From positions 17,965,028-18,029,027 of the forward strand of contig CM082576.2 in NCBI GenBank assembly GCA_040954595.2: DNA of 64,000 nucleotides. Direction: 5' to 3'. Position 1 is the first letter of the stretch; each line of letters opens with the position of its first letter. Of this stretch, positions 1 to 12,800 are shown piece after piece. The stretch comes from Balanoglossus misakiensis (lineage: Eukaryota > Animalia > Hemichordata). The position numbers were made by a program, and so were the translations under genes. A model generated the notes under the pieces. That model was not told the origin of the DNA. It did not search any database and saw only the letters and a program-made list of their open reading frames with translations.

Positions 1-511
1 GCGCGGATGTTCACCCACGATCGTTTTGAGGCAAATTTTTTTTTTTTTTTTTTGAATGTTGACATTGATCTAGCATTTAATAAGAATATACAAACACATT
101 GGGTTATTAAACCTTTCATTAACGATGAGTCGGAGATTTTGTAAACCTGAATCGAACATATTTCGATGCCAGAGTGTGTTGAACAGAGCGACACTATGTG
201 CTTTACCTGTGTACTGTATGTACGACCCCGGCCGGCATATCAATCGACAACATACAGTGAAATATCCACCTTTCATACAGGAGCTGTTTTTTAACATGTT
301 TATACCAATTTAATTTACACCCGTAAATTTAATTTAAAATTTCTAACATATTTTAGTTTATGATTTCAATTCATTGGCGTATTTTGGTGGAGAAATCCAC
401 GTCAATGTCAATTCGGACATGACGCAGACGACAGTTCCATACACAGGGCGCGAATTACACTGTGCGCGATCGAGTGACTACGATAACATTTATTTTACAT
501 GAAAAACTTAC

Positions 512-610
512 CTGGCTATGTTCGGTTTCTTCCCTCGCATTCCCACGCTCAAGACTTAAAATTTCCTGCCACTGACTGGCCGAAAACTCGGGAGAACTGT
601 CCCAGCTCAT
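512..610 (-). CDS. Possible first coding exon of an unidentified gene running left out of the window (MSWDSSPEFSASQWQEILSLERGNAREETEHSQ)
   Basis: ATG at 610, 33 open codons, ends in a perfect donor CAG|GTAAGT (phase 0). Downstream exons not convincingly found; no recognisable homology. Confidence 0.25.
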
Positions 611-736
611 TGTAGTCAACAGAATACAATGTCGTGAAATAGTGTACCGAAAGAATAAATGGTATCAATCGGTAGATGGCGCACTTCGATAATCATGGTA
701 TGGTATACAAATGAAGAGATCGGACCAGCCGGAAAT

Positions 737-1235
737 ACCTGCCTCCGCCTCCTCCCAACATTTAGGGTTCCTTACCTTAGGGGGTGATACACCTCCGCCT
801 CTCATCGCCTCCTCTGCCTCCTCCCAACATTTAGGGTTGTCTACCTCATGGGTGATAGGCCTCCTTCGCCTCTCATCACCTCCACTGCCTCCTCTGCCTC
901 CTCCCAACATCATGCTTTGCAGAAAGTCCACCAATCAAAGCACGTTCCATATATACTTAGCCATATCTCAATTTTCCACCAACTTAGGGGACCATGTCTG
1001 CCTCCTCCTCCTCCTCAGCTCCTCCTCCTCCTCTTCCTCCTCAGCTCCTCCTCAGCTCCTCCTCCTCTTCCTCCTCCTCCTCCTCCTCCTCCGCCTCCTC
1101 CTCCTCCGCCTCCTCCTCAGCTCCTCCTCCTCAGCTCCTCCTCAGCTCCTCCTCAGCTCCTCCTCAGCTCCTCCGCCTCCTCCTCAGCTCCTCCTCCTCA
1201 GCTCCTCCTCAGCTCCTCCTCAGCTCCTCCTCCCC
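737..1235. repeat. Pyrimidine-rich low-complexity tract: ~70-bp imperfect repeats followed by (CCT)n/CTCAGCT microsatellite
   Basis: GCCTCCTCCCAACAT occurs 3 times in 737-910; 1000-1232 is almost purely CCT/CTCAG units. Confidence 0.85.
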
Positions 1236-2170
1236 AAATCCGAGTGCTACGGCTCCAACCTATACTACTAACAGTCATGGAGCAACACGTAACATTGCCT
1301 GGGGTGTTCAATTCTGTAAATGCCATTAGATAGTTGCATGTACCCGAGTCTAGTGAAACATCGTTTTTGGCGATGTGGATTTCATTATTGCGTGACTGTG
1401 GGTCTCGATTCGTTCCTGTCAGACAGCCCAACAAGGACATACGCTTGACGTGCCTTAAAGGTATACGGTAACCTATGCAAATTTAGCTACTGTTACCATG
1501 GCAAATTGAGATACAGCCAATCACAGATATTCAGGAGGTGGCACACGCGACAATAAGAGCGCCACCATTTGTTCTTTAGAACACTAGGATACGCAAGTTT
1601 AGCCATTTATGGACATATGCAAATTGGAGGGGATCGTGTATTAAGTTGTAGACTTTGTCCGACATCGTCCGGTCATCACGGCTGAAATACTCCCTTTGCG
1701 CATTGCTTATAGATATTTTAGGTCGACCCCGGTGTAGTCTACTCCAATAGAAATGAAGAAAGTAAATATAAGATTACCGCCCGAAGTCTCAAACGTGAAA
1801 GCCATTTCAGTGGCACTACAGTGGATAAACATTTAATCCGTGTATACTTCATGAAACTGAATCAGATAACTTTTATTCATACAAAATAAATGAAACATAT
1901 GAAGAGAGGCCTATCTTGATTAAACACATAAATCTGATATTTTATCATATTAGGTAACTCAATATTTTACACTTGACGTATTTTACCAATAACACAATGT
2001 TTCAGCGAACCCGTCAGGAGCAACTTTAGCAGAATACATTTCCTTGATTTACGTTACATGGTCTTAATTCGAGAGACATTTCTCAATAAAATCAAAAGTC
2101 ACAGTTCATATTTTTAATAGAAACGGTCCAATTTGTCGAGTGCGCACTGACAAGACATGCATCGTGCATA

Positions 2171-2310
2171 GACCACTACGCGGATAGGGTATCTGCAATG
2201 CATGATGGTATAATTTGCGTTCAACATAGCTTCTAGTGCATGGCTAACGCACGCGCTCAGAACGCAAACTGTCCCACAACACCCTGCGTTATGCTATCCG
2301 CGAAGTGGTC
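2171..2310. mobile_element. Small MITE-like inverted-repeat element
   Basis: GACCACTACGCGGATAG (2171-2187) vs CTATCCGCGAAGTGGTC (2294-2310): 16/17 inverted match. TSD unclear. Confidence 0.4.
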
Positions 2311-3300
2311 CATGGCAGTGACAACAATTCCTATAGAGCAGTTAAGAAATAAACCGGCCGGCCGTAAATTCATTGGCTGTATTTTTTGTATTTATTTGAT
2401 TTGAAAGGTCGCGTTTTCCCTGTTGCATGCTATTAGTGCAGGGCCAGTTTCAGCAGTGCTCTATTGAGTACTTTCGTATCGAAGGATTGAGCTCTCGTCC
2501 AATCAGAATGGCGGATGGTAGCATGATCTGACATATTGCGTATTGCAATAGGCCTTCCCCAGATAGGTCAGAACGGAGAGGTCATTCCCCTCAGCTTCTT
2601 TGTCTTTTCTATTATTTTTTGACAAATGCGGATTGACGTTCCGTTTCTACATGGCCAGGACTGATATTTATTTACGTTTCATAGCGTAAGCGCTTGCTAT
2701 TCGTTTCGCAATTGGTTTCGTAGTACAAACAAATTGAAGAAGACGAAATATATTATCTATGTCCCTAATGAGATAATCGGTTACATAATCGCACTTCCAA
2801 AGAACGCCGTGACAGAATTCATCAGTTGGCGAGGCGCATTCTCCACCCGCACACAAACGTTGCACTGCATACTTTGACTAATTAGTATGCGAAAGCAAGA
2901 TTCTGATTGAGTAGTAACTAATTTGCATAATTGACGAGCAGGTGCTGCCTCGTTCTCGTACCACTGACCGTTGCATTTGAAAAATCATTGCAGCTTTGAC
3001 GTTCATCAAGCATGGAGGTCCCGGTCGCCTCCATGCTTGATGATGTCGTTTCTCTGGTAAGCATGGCATTTACTGTAATTTTACAAATACATGTACACTC
3101 CTTCTTGCAAAAACTGGTAGTGGTAGGGCGACAGTGTCTTCCCAACATCGAAATTCTGACTTTGGGAAGCGTTACAGCGCCGAACAGTAAACTCACAGTC
3201 GCATGGAATTTGTGCGTTGTTTTACACCGTGCGAGTAAATTGTACGTCGTTCGTGGCCTCGAGTCAGCTTTGTCATTGTGGGGCAGGTGGTACCGTTACA

Positions 3301-3710
3301 CCACAGGGGGCTCTCCCTCCGCAATTTTATTGTGTGTTTGTTTGTTGTTGTTGTTGATTGGCATAATAAACAAATACATATTTCTTTGTCAATAAATATT
3401 GTTTGTTGACATGTAAGGGTTAGGTTATTAGGGTATATTTGACAGGTGGTATATTCAACGGTTAGGATTAGTGTTGGCATTTTTGCGATCCACGGCCAGC
3501 ATCACCCTCTCTTTGTGGCTTAGTGATGCCCCGGGCCGTGGATCGAAAAAAGTGCCAACACTAATGCTAACCGTTGAATATTCCCTAACACTTACATGTC
3601 AACAAACCATATTTATTAATAAAGAAATATGTATTTGTTTATAATGCCAATCATCAACAACAACAACAAACAAACAAACAATAAAATCGCGGAGGGAGAG
3701 CCCCCTGTGG
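3301..3710. mobile_element. Foldback/MITE element, ~410 bp, almost wholly an imperfect palindrome
   Basis: CCACAGGGGGCTCTCCCTCCGC... at 3301 and ...GCGGAGGGAGAGCCCCCTGTGG at 3710. Arms pair for ~180 bp around a short spacer near 3505-3522. Confidence 0.8.
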
Positions 3711-6700
3711 TAACACACTACAGTATAACTAATAAGGCAAAGCGATAGCGAATAAACTGACCAGAATTAGTTTTGTTGTTGGGAGATTTTTGGCACCATC
3801 GAGACTGTTATAAGCTACCAGTGTCAGCTATGGAATAGCTGTTAACACGCAGCCCTGCCACGCAGAGCTACTATGACTGGTAACTAACTTCTATGTCTAT
3901 TTGATTCACAGATGCTGCCTGAAACTGTCTGCGTTTCAACTCGGGATTCTCTTCCTCGTCCGAGGCGAGTTTAAGACCGCTCAATGGTAAGCATGACTTG
4001 CTATATATTTGCTTTTATCACGCGTTGCAAACAGTACAATAGGAAGCAATGTATGTCTACGAACTAATTTACACATTCCAGCTTTCAATACTTGTTTTTC
4101 CCCTTCGAATTCTGGCCTTGATTGCCTGTGATATGGTAGTGATGACATGAATTAAATGGACAACTCACAAGTTCAAATCTTCACATGGAGCATAAAATAA
4201 ATTTGGATGCATTTCCTTAACCATATAGCTAAAATTACTCCCATACCAATACACAGTAGCTTTGGCTGAACATGCGCTAGTCCAACACCATGCTTAATCA
4301 AACTGGCTAAGAGATCTATTATCATATTAGACGCATGAAGGACAGTAATGTTGTTTTAAAGTGACATAAAACAATAATTTAGGCCAGAAAGAAAAATTTA
4401 AATCATGACACAAACAGGCTGGATATTTTTTCTGACCCTATATTATAACATGTTTTGCATATTTTCACTATTTAGTATTGCCCACATAATTCTAAAGCAA
4501 GGTTGATTGGTTACTTATTAATATGCATATATTTGATTCAGTCTTAAACACAGCATTTCAACGTATGCCGGAGGAGAGCGAGAATACCTAGGCCTGATCC
4601 AAGACCGCTTTCCGGTAAGCACAACTTGCTGTATACATGCTCCATAGCTTGTTTGTAAAGGCTACCTTTTCCCATCAAATAGTGAAATCGCCCTTTCAAA
4701 ATTATGGTGGTGGCAAGCCACAACTGGTTATCATGAAGAGTTGGACACCACTAATAATCATTTTAATATTTTCCAATTGGTATCCTTTATGTACCACTAT
4801 CCTCAACAATTTCAGTCAACAAGATTTATATTTCGCTGTATAGCAAGGCCGAACAAATATGACTGATTGATAGGGATTTATCTGAAAATATGACAAAATC
4901 AACAAATACAGAATAATAAGTCACCAAACATGTATCATGTTTTATTCGAGGGAACCTGAGCAGGGTCCCATAAACCTGCCAACCCATGCTAGCCATGACT
5001 TTACAAATGTTTCCGTCATACTATGCAGAAAATTCTGGCTGCTTTAAATAGGTTTTCACTTTGCGCTAGGGGGTCAAATCTCATTGCATTCTGGGCGAAA
5101 AGTTCACAACCAACTGTAGTAAGAGATAGAAGAAATGATATGTTTACTGTATTTCATGACTTCCTTTGGTCAAACATGTCTGTCTCTGTAGTTAGCATAT
5201 TAAACCCATTAAACTATTTTTCACATTTTGTTATTTTTTCTGTTAAAAAGTTCCAGAATGACCCATCATCACTTTAGCATATGAACTCCCATTTCTTTAA
5301 CATGGCAAAAATCGGCCATCTTGAAATTGTCGACCGTATGAGATTTTCATCACTCACTTAGGGTAGCTTAAAACGTATTTCAGGGGAGAATTGTATAGGC
5401 ATGACTTGGTCTGTAAATTTGATGAAATACCTACCTGCAAATTGTTCACAAGCAGCTGACTGTACTGAAAGACTGGAAGTGTTGTGTACTTATTTTACAT
5501 ATTCAATATTTGTAATTAGACCCTGTCATGTATATCTTGGGGATGTCTCTGCTGGTACAATGTCCCTTTATCATGTAATATGGAAGTAATTGTAAGTGTG
5601 TGTGGCATTTGTAAATGATTTACAATTTATAAATTATTTCTAAGTTTCTTCATTCTCAAATTGCTTGCCCAACTGCATTAAACTTTAAATTTTGGTATGA
5701 TTTTGAGTAGGCTTTCTGTTTCAAAATTATTTTCTACACTTTTTGAAATTTTTTGGTAAAATGATTTTCCATGGAAAATCTGATTTCCCTGTAATTCGGT
5801 TGACAGGATTTTCACCAGATCTCTAAATAATGAAGTACATGTATCAGAATTGCATCGCCCCCCCCCCCCCCAAAAAAAAAAAAAAAAATTCTAGTCATCC
5901 TTGGCATGTAATATTAGCCATTGATCTGGGAAAGTTACAAAAATGTGTTGTCCAAGCACGTTGAAGGTACAAGTGGTTTTTACACTAGCTATGAAGGCAT
6001 TTTATTAAAAATATTAGGTCCCGTTTTGTATATGTATTTATACCATGGGACCTTACAGGATCAGTTGCACCTGTATGTATGGATGTCTGTATGGATGTTT
6101 GTCTGTATGTCCATCAACATCAAACATTTGGAAACTACTGGCGTGTGACCTTGATATTTAGTGTGGAGATGCAGGCAAGGCAGTAGGTGGGAGTTTGTCT
6201 AAATGAAGTTGTCATTGCCAAAATATGCAAATGAGCTGGGAAAGTGTCAAATTTGTCAAAACTCAGGAACTCAAAAACTACTGGGTAAATTGCTTTAAAA
6301 ATTGAAAATTGATATGCATGTAACTTATGGTAACCTCACACAGCCCTTTATGTTGTCAGCTTATGTGAATTTCCAATGTTTATGCATTTTTTGTCTCCAC
6401 ATTATCGGTAAAAAATCTACTTTTCTGGAATTGATCAGCTGACTTGTTTGAAATTTAGTATGAAGCTTCGCAGGTGATCTGAGTTACCATAGTTTTGATT
6501 AAAGTGTTGCAAAATTTGTGTATTTTAATTGTGTAGCAATTTTTAGGTCCCATGGCATTTGGTTTGTGTATATATATATATGTACGATTGGGACCTTATG
6601 GAATGACTTGCATCTGTATGTATGGATGAACGGATGAAAACTGCTGCGCATATCACTTCCATATTTAGTGTGTAGATGAAGGCGGGGCTGTAGATGGGAT

Positions 6701-8304
6701 TTTGTTCAAATGAGGTTGCCATTGCCAAAAGTATTACCTGTGAAAATGTGAAATTGGTCAAAAGTCAGAAACTCAACAACCACTGGTCAGATTGATCTGA
6801 AAACTTGTATGTCAATGAACCCCACACAGTCCTGTATGTTTTGAGCTAATATTATGAATTTTCTAATGTTTATTAATTTTTTTTCCACATTATTGGTAAA
6901 AAAATCTTCACTTCTGAAAGCGATAGTCTGACTCCTTCGAAATTAAGTATGAAGCTTCCTATAGGTGGTCCAAGTTTCCATAGTTTTTGTTCAGATTGTT
7001 GTAAAATAGGTATATTTATAATTTTGAGCAATTATGCCAATTTTGGTCAGAATGCTTTGCAATTTGGTAGGCAGATTCCCAGGGGTAACCCAAGTAAGAT
7101 GTCTTAAAAATGGTTAAAACTTCATATTTGTCTTATTTGGAGATATTTTATGCAATCTTTGTCAAAAACTTTTTTCTCTGAAAACGTTCAAACCGTTGTC
7201 TGATTGCTTTGAACTTTGGCAGGAATGTTCCTTGTAGTGATTGAAGTAAGATGGTGTACAATTATAGTGATTTTTGCATATTTGTGTTTTTGCCACTTTT
7301 GAACAAATGTGTTTTTCTTTGAAACTGCTTTTTTGATGGCTTTGAAATATGGTAGGAAAATTCCTAGGGGTAACCCAAATTTTTTTTCTGATTGCTTTAG
7401 AAGTTGGTTTACAATTTCATAGCACATGTACCTGTATGTGCGACTTTTATTAAAGTCTGGTTTTTAATATTTAGGTAGTTTTGTTGTGGATAGCAAATCT
7501 TCTCTTGAACCAATTGCACAGTTTCTTTGAAAGTTACTGTTAACAAGGTGAGTTGGTACACCCAACTTAGACTTTTACATCCAACTTAGAGCTACTATGA
7601 CTGGTTACTAACTTCTAGGTCTATTTGATTCTCAGATGCTGCCTGAGATTGCCTGCATTTCAACTCAGGATTCTCTTCCTCGTCTGGGGCGAGTTTAAGA
7701 CCGCTCAATGGTAAGCATGACTTGCTATATATTTGCTTTTATCGGGCGTTGCAACCGAAGCAATAGGAAGCAATTTGTATGTCTACGAACTAATTTACAC
7801 ATTCCAGTTATCAATACTTTTTTTCCCTTCGAATTCTGGCCTCGATTGCCTGTGATATGATCGTGATGACATGAATTAAATGGTCAAGTTCAAATCTTCA
7901 TGTGAAGCATAAATTAAATTTGGATGCATTTCCTTAACCATATAGCTAAAAATTACTCCCATATCAATACACAGGGAGATACTGTAACTTTGGCTGAAAG
8001 TGTGCTAGTCCAACACCATGCTTAATCAAACAGGCTAAGAGATCTATTATTATGTATAGACACATGAAGGAAAGTAATGTTGTTTAGAGTGAAATAAAAC
8101 AATACCTTAGGCCGCAAAGAAAAATATAAATCATGACACAAACAGGCTGGATTTTTATTTCAAAATTGTGTGCATAAGATCACATTGGCTGATGCTAACC
8201 AAAGTTAGAGAAGCGCAGTTCTGAATTTGGAAATCTGATCAGTACCAGAAACTTGCTCAAAGCTACCAAATGCACAAAAAGTTTTGAGAATCTTTATGAA
8301 GATA

Positions 8305-9835
8305 AAAAATAGCGTCAAGGACACTGTGGTCCCATTTGAGGACATAGCACATAGCAACATAGCAATAAGCATATCTGCCCTGGATGCAAAGATATGGAAA
8401 AGTATGTCAAAGGTCACCTGAGGGCATGCAAAATTTGGGCAAGAAATTTTGACCCTATACTGGTCCATGTTCAACAAAAACCAAACCTATAGCCCTATTG
8501 GTTAGCCTGGAATTAGGTATGCACATAATTAATGAGATATGCAGGTGTCACAGGTGAACCCCAATTTTGGCTTTTCAATTTTAGTCCCAACCCTCCAAAT
8601 GCGAAGTCTGTACCTGCTCTGGATGCCAAGATATGATAAAGTAGGTCAAAGGTCACCTGAGGTCATGCAAAATTTGGGCAAGAAATTTTGACCTTATACT
8701 GGTCCATGTTCAACAAAAACCAAACCTAAAGCCTTATTGGTTAGCCTGGAATTAGGTATGCACATAATTAATGAGATATGCAGGTGTCACAGGTGACCCC
8801 CAATTTTGGCTTTTCAATTTTAGTCCCAACCCTCCAAACGCCAAGTCTGTACCTGCTCTGGATGCCAAGATATGGAAAAGTAGGTCAAAGGTCACCTGAG
8901 GTCATGCAAAATTTGGGCAAGAAATTTTGACCCTATACTGGTCCATGTTCAACAAAAACCAAACCTATAGCCCTATTGGTTAGCCCGGAATGAGGTATGC
9001 ACATAATTAATGAGATATGCAGGTGTCACAGGTGACCCATATTTTGGCTTTTCAATTTTAGTCCCAACCCTCCAAACGCCAAGTCTGTACCTGCTCTGGA
9101 TGCCGAGATATAGGAAAGTAGGTCAAAGGTCACCTGAGGTCACCCAAAATTTTGGCAAGAAATTTTGACCCTATACTGGTCCATGTCCCACAAGAACGAA
9201 ACCTCTAGCCCTATTAGTTAGCCCGGAATTAGGTATGCACATAATTAATGTGTTAAGCAGGTGTCACAGGTGAGCCCAAAAATTTGCCTTTTATTTTGGC
9301 CCCATTGTGCTCACTGACCAATAGACAGTCACTGTACAGGACTATTGCACAGACCAGAATTCCACAATAAGACGTGGACATAGCTTAACCACAGAGGTAT
9401 AAGTAAAGGTATAAATTTAATAAAAAGACTAAAAAATTCATAAAAAAAAAACATCCATGATATCAACTTAACACTTACAGGTCGGTGTGAGGTTGACATA
9501 AGGTACATGCATACCAATTTTCAAAGCAATCTGACCAGTAATTGTTGACTTACAGAGTTTTGATAAATTTCACATTTTACAAGCTAATTTGCATATTTTT
9601 GGGCCTGGCAACTTCGTTTGGACAAACTCCCATCTACAGCCCTGCCTGCACCTACACACCAAATATTGAGGTGATACGCGCAGCGGTTTTCAAGTTTTTG
9701 ATGTGGACGGACATACAGACATACATCCATACATACATCCATCCATCCATCCATCCATCCATCCATACATACATACAGACGCAACCCATCCCATAAGGTC
9801 CCATGGTATATAGGCCTATACCAATGGGACCTAAA
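8305..9835 (-). mobile_element. Non-autonomous Helentron (DINE-1/HINE-like, family 'GGTCCCAT') with internal tandem array
   Basis: 5' inverted pair TAAGGTCCCAT...ATGGGACCTA (9794-9833), (CCAT)n microsatellite (9715-9780), and 3' subTIR plus hairpin as the reverse complement of ATGGGACCACAGTGTCCTTGACGCTATTTT at 8305-8336. Confidence 0.6.
8373..9300. repeat. ~240-bp tandem repeat, ~3.9 copies
   Basis: CTGGATGC.AAGATAT...GTCAAAGGTCACCTGAGG recurs with 239-240 bp period; related in reverse orientation to 20320-20640 and 21410-21720. Confidence 0.9.
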
Positions 9836-12800
9836 AATCACCAAGCGACTATTGGGCTTGTCTGTGTTCAATATGTCTTCCCTGGCAACAACATCTACTT
9901 CCGCCACCACGCCATGAGATATACTGACAGCTACGTTTGAAACATTTTAGTATACTGATATTTAAAGTTTTAATTTTAAGGCTTACTTTTCTATACTTAA
10001 ATAAATGTTTTATAATTGCCAACAATGTACATTGTTATGCTAATCAGTTGTATGAAAAGTGAGATGGATCAAATGCAAGTTTCATTTTCACAACAAACAA
10101 AGAAATCATTGTACAGTGTTACGTAGATGTCAAAGTGCGTGTACACCTTCTGTCATTTACAGAATCTGATATCATGTCAGTTTCAGTTGTAACCTAATTG
10201 CAATGTTTGGGGTATATACCCATGTGGACCACTTTACTGCAGTACTGATGTAAATGGAGTTTTAAGATCGCTGTTACAGATTTCTTTGATACGTTTTCCA
10301 CTGTTGTACATTATCGCAGCACAGTCTGACCGTACATTATACCATGTTTTGCACATTTTCACTAATTAGTATGGCCCACATAATTCTTAAACAAAGTTGA
10401 TTGGTTACTAATTAATATTTGCATATATTTGATTCACAGTCTTAAACACAGCATTTCAACGTATGCCGGAGGAGGAAGAGAATACCTAGGCCTGATCCAA
10501 TACCGCTTTCCGGTAAGCACAACTTGCTGTATACATGCTCCATAGCTTGTTTGTAAATGCTACCTTTTCCCATCAAACAGTGAAGTCGCCCTTTCAAAAT
10601 TATTGTGGTGGCAAGCAACAATCGGTTATCATGGAGAGTCCCATAAACTTTCCAGCCCACGCTAGCCATGACTTTACAAATGTTTCCCGTCATACTGTGC
10701 AGAAAATTCTGGCTGCCTTAAATAGGTTTTCACTTTGCACTAGGCGTCAAATCACATTGCATTCTGGGTGAAAAGTCAACAACTCACTGTAGTAAGAGAT
10801 AGAAGAAATGATACATTTTTTGTATTTCATGCTTTGGTCAAACATGTCGTTCTCTGTAGTTAGCATATTAAACTCATTGAACTTTTTTCACATTTTATTA
10901 TTTTTTCTGTTAAAAAGTTCAAGAATGACCCATCATCACTTTAGCTTATAAACTCCCATTTCTTTAACATGGCAAAATTCGGCCATCTTGAAATTGTCGA
11001 CAATATGAGATTTTCATCACTCACTTAGGGTAGCTTAAAACGTATTTCAGGGGAGAATTGTATAGGCATGACTTGGTGTGTAAATTTGATGAAATACCTA
11101 CCTGCAAATTGTTCACAAGCAGCTGACTGTACTGAAAGACTGGAAGTTATGTGTACTTATTTTACATATTCAATATTTGTAATTAGACCATGTCATGTAT
11201 ATCTTGGGGATTGCTCGATCGCAATGTCTCTGCTGGTACCATGTCCTTTTAACATGTACAGTAATATGGTAGTAATTGTAAGTTTGTGTGCGGCATTTGT
11301 AAATTATTTATAAATTATTTTGTAAATTTCCTCATTCTCAAATTGCTTGCCCAACTGCATTAAACTTTAAATTTTGGTATGATTTTGAGTAGACTTTTTG
11401 TTTCAAAATTATTTTTGACACTTTTGACATTTTTGGGTGATATGATTTTACATGGAAAATCTGATTGACCTGTAATTCAGGTTGACAGGATTTTCACCAT
11501 ATCTCTAAATCATGAAGTACATGTATCAGAATTTGCATCAGGCCCCCCCCCCCAAATTTTAGTCGCCTTTGGAAAGTAATATTAGCCATTGATCTGGGGA
11601 AGTTACAAAAATGTGTTGTCCAAGGGCGTTGAAGGTACAAGTGTTTTTACACTAGCTATGTAGGCATTTTATCAGAATTGTTAGGTCCCATTTGGTATTT
11701 GGATTTATACCATGGGACCTTATTGGATCAATTGTACCTGATGTATGGATGTTTGTTTGTATGTCCGTCAACATCAAACACTTGGAAACCTTGATATTTA
11801 GTGTGGAGCTGCAGGCACAGGGGTAGATGGGAGTTTGTCTAAATGAAGTTGTCATTGCCAAAATATGCAAATTACCTGGGAAAGTGTCTAATTCGTCAAC
11901 TCTGAAATTCGACAATTACTGGGCACATTGCTTTCAAAATTGAAAATTGGTATGCATGTACCTTACGTTAACCTCACACAATTCTATCATTGTGAGCTAA
12001 TAATGTGATTTTTTTTATGCATTTTTTGTTTCTTTCCACATTGTCGGGAAAAAAATCTACTTTTCTGGAATTGATCAGCTGATTTGTTTGATAATTAGTA
12101 TGAAGCTTCATAGGTGATCTGTGTTACCAACCTTAGTTTTGTTTAAATTGCTGCCAAAATTTGGGTATTTATTTTTTTGGAGCAATTTTTAGGTCCCATT
12201 TTGTTTATGTGCATGTATACGATTGGGACCTTATGGAATCAGTTGCATTTGTATGTATGAGTGAATGGATGAAAACCGCTGCACGTATCACTTCCATATT
12301 TAGTGTGTAGATGCAGGCGGGGCTGTAGATGGGATTTTGTTCAAATGAGGTTGTCATTGCCAAATGTATTACCTGTGAAAATGTGAAATTGGTCAAAAGT
12401 CAGAAACTCAACAACCACTGGTCAGATTGATCTGAAAACTTGTATGTCAATGAACCCCACACAGTCCTGTATGTTTTGAGCTAATATTATGAATTTTCTA
12501 ATGTTTATTATTTTTTTTTCTTTTTCCACATTATTGGTAAAAAAAAATCTTCACTTCTGAAAGCGATAGTCTGAATCCTTGGTAATTTATTATGAGGTTA
12601 TATTACATATGCTGGAGTATGATAAGCTGTAGAACATTCATTTGGTGGCGATATTGAATTTATTCAAAATATAAAGTGCAAACGTAAACTTTTTTTTCAA
12701 AATTGTTCCAAATGTCATAGAGATAGTTTTGAATAAAAACAATAAAATAGCTTGTGTAATACCCTATATACAGCCCAAATATGGGACTCTAGGAATACTG

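Noticed and set aside
711-1333. Poly-Pro, poly-Ser and poly-Leu ORFs (formin/extensin-like)
   Set aside because: All three plus frames are open because of the CCT microsatellite; no domain, and unit lengths are not multiples of three.
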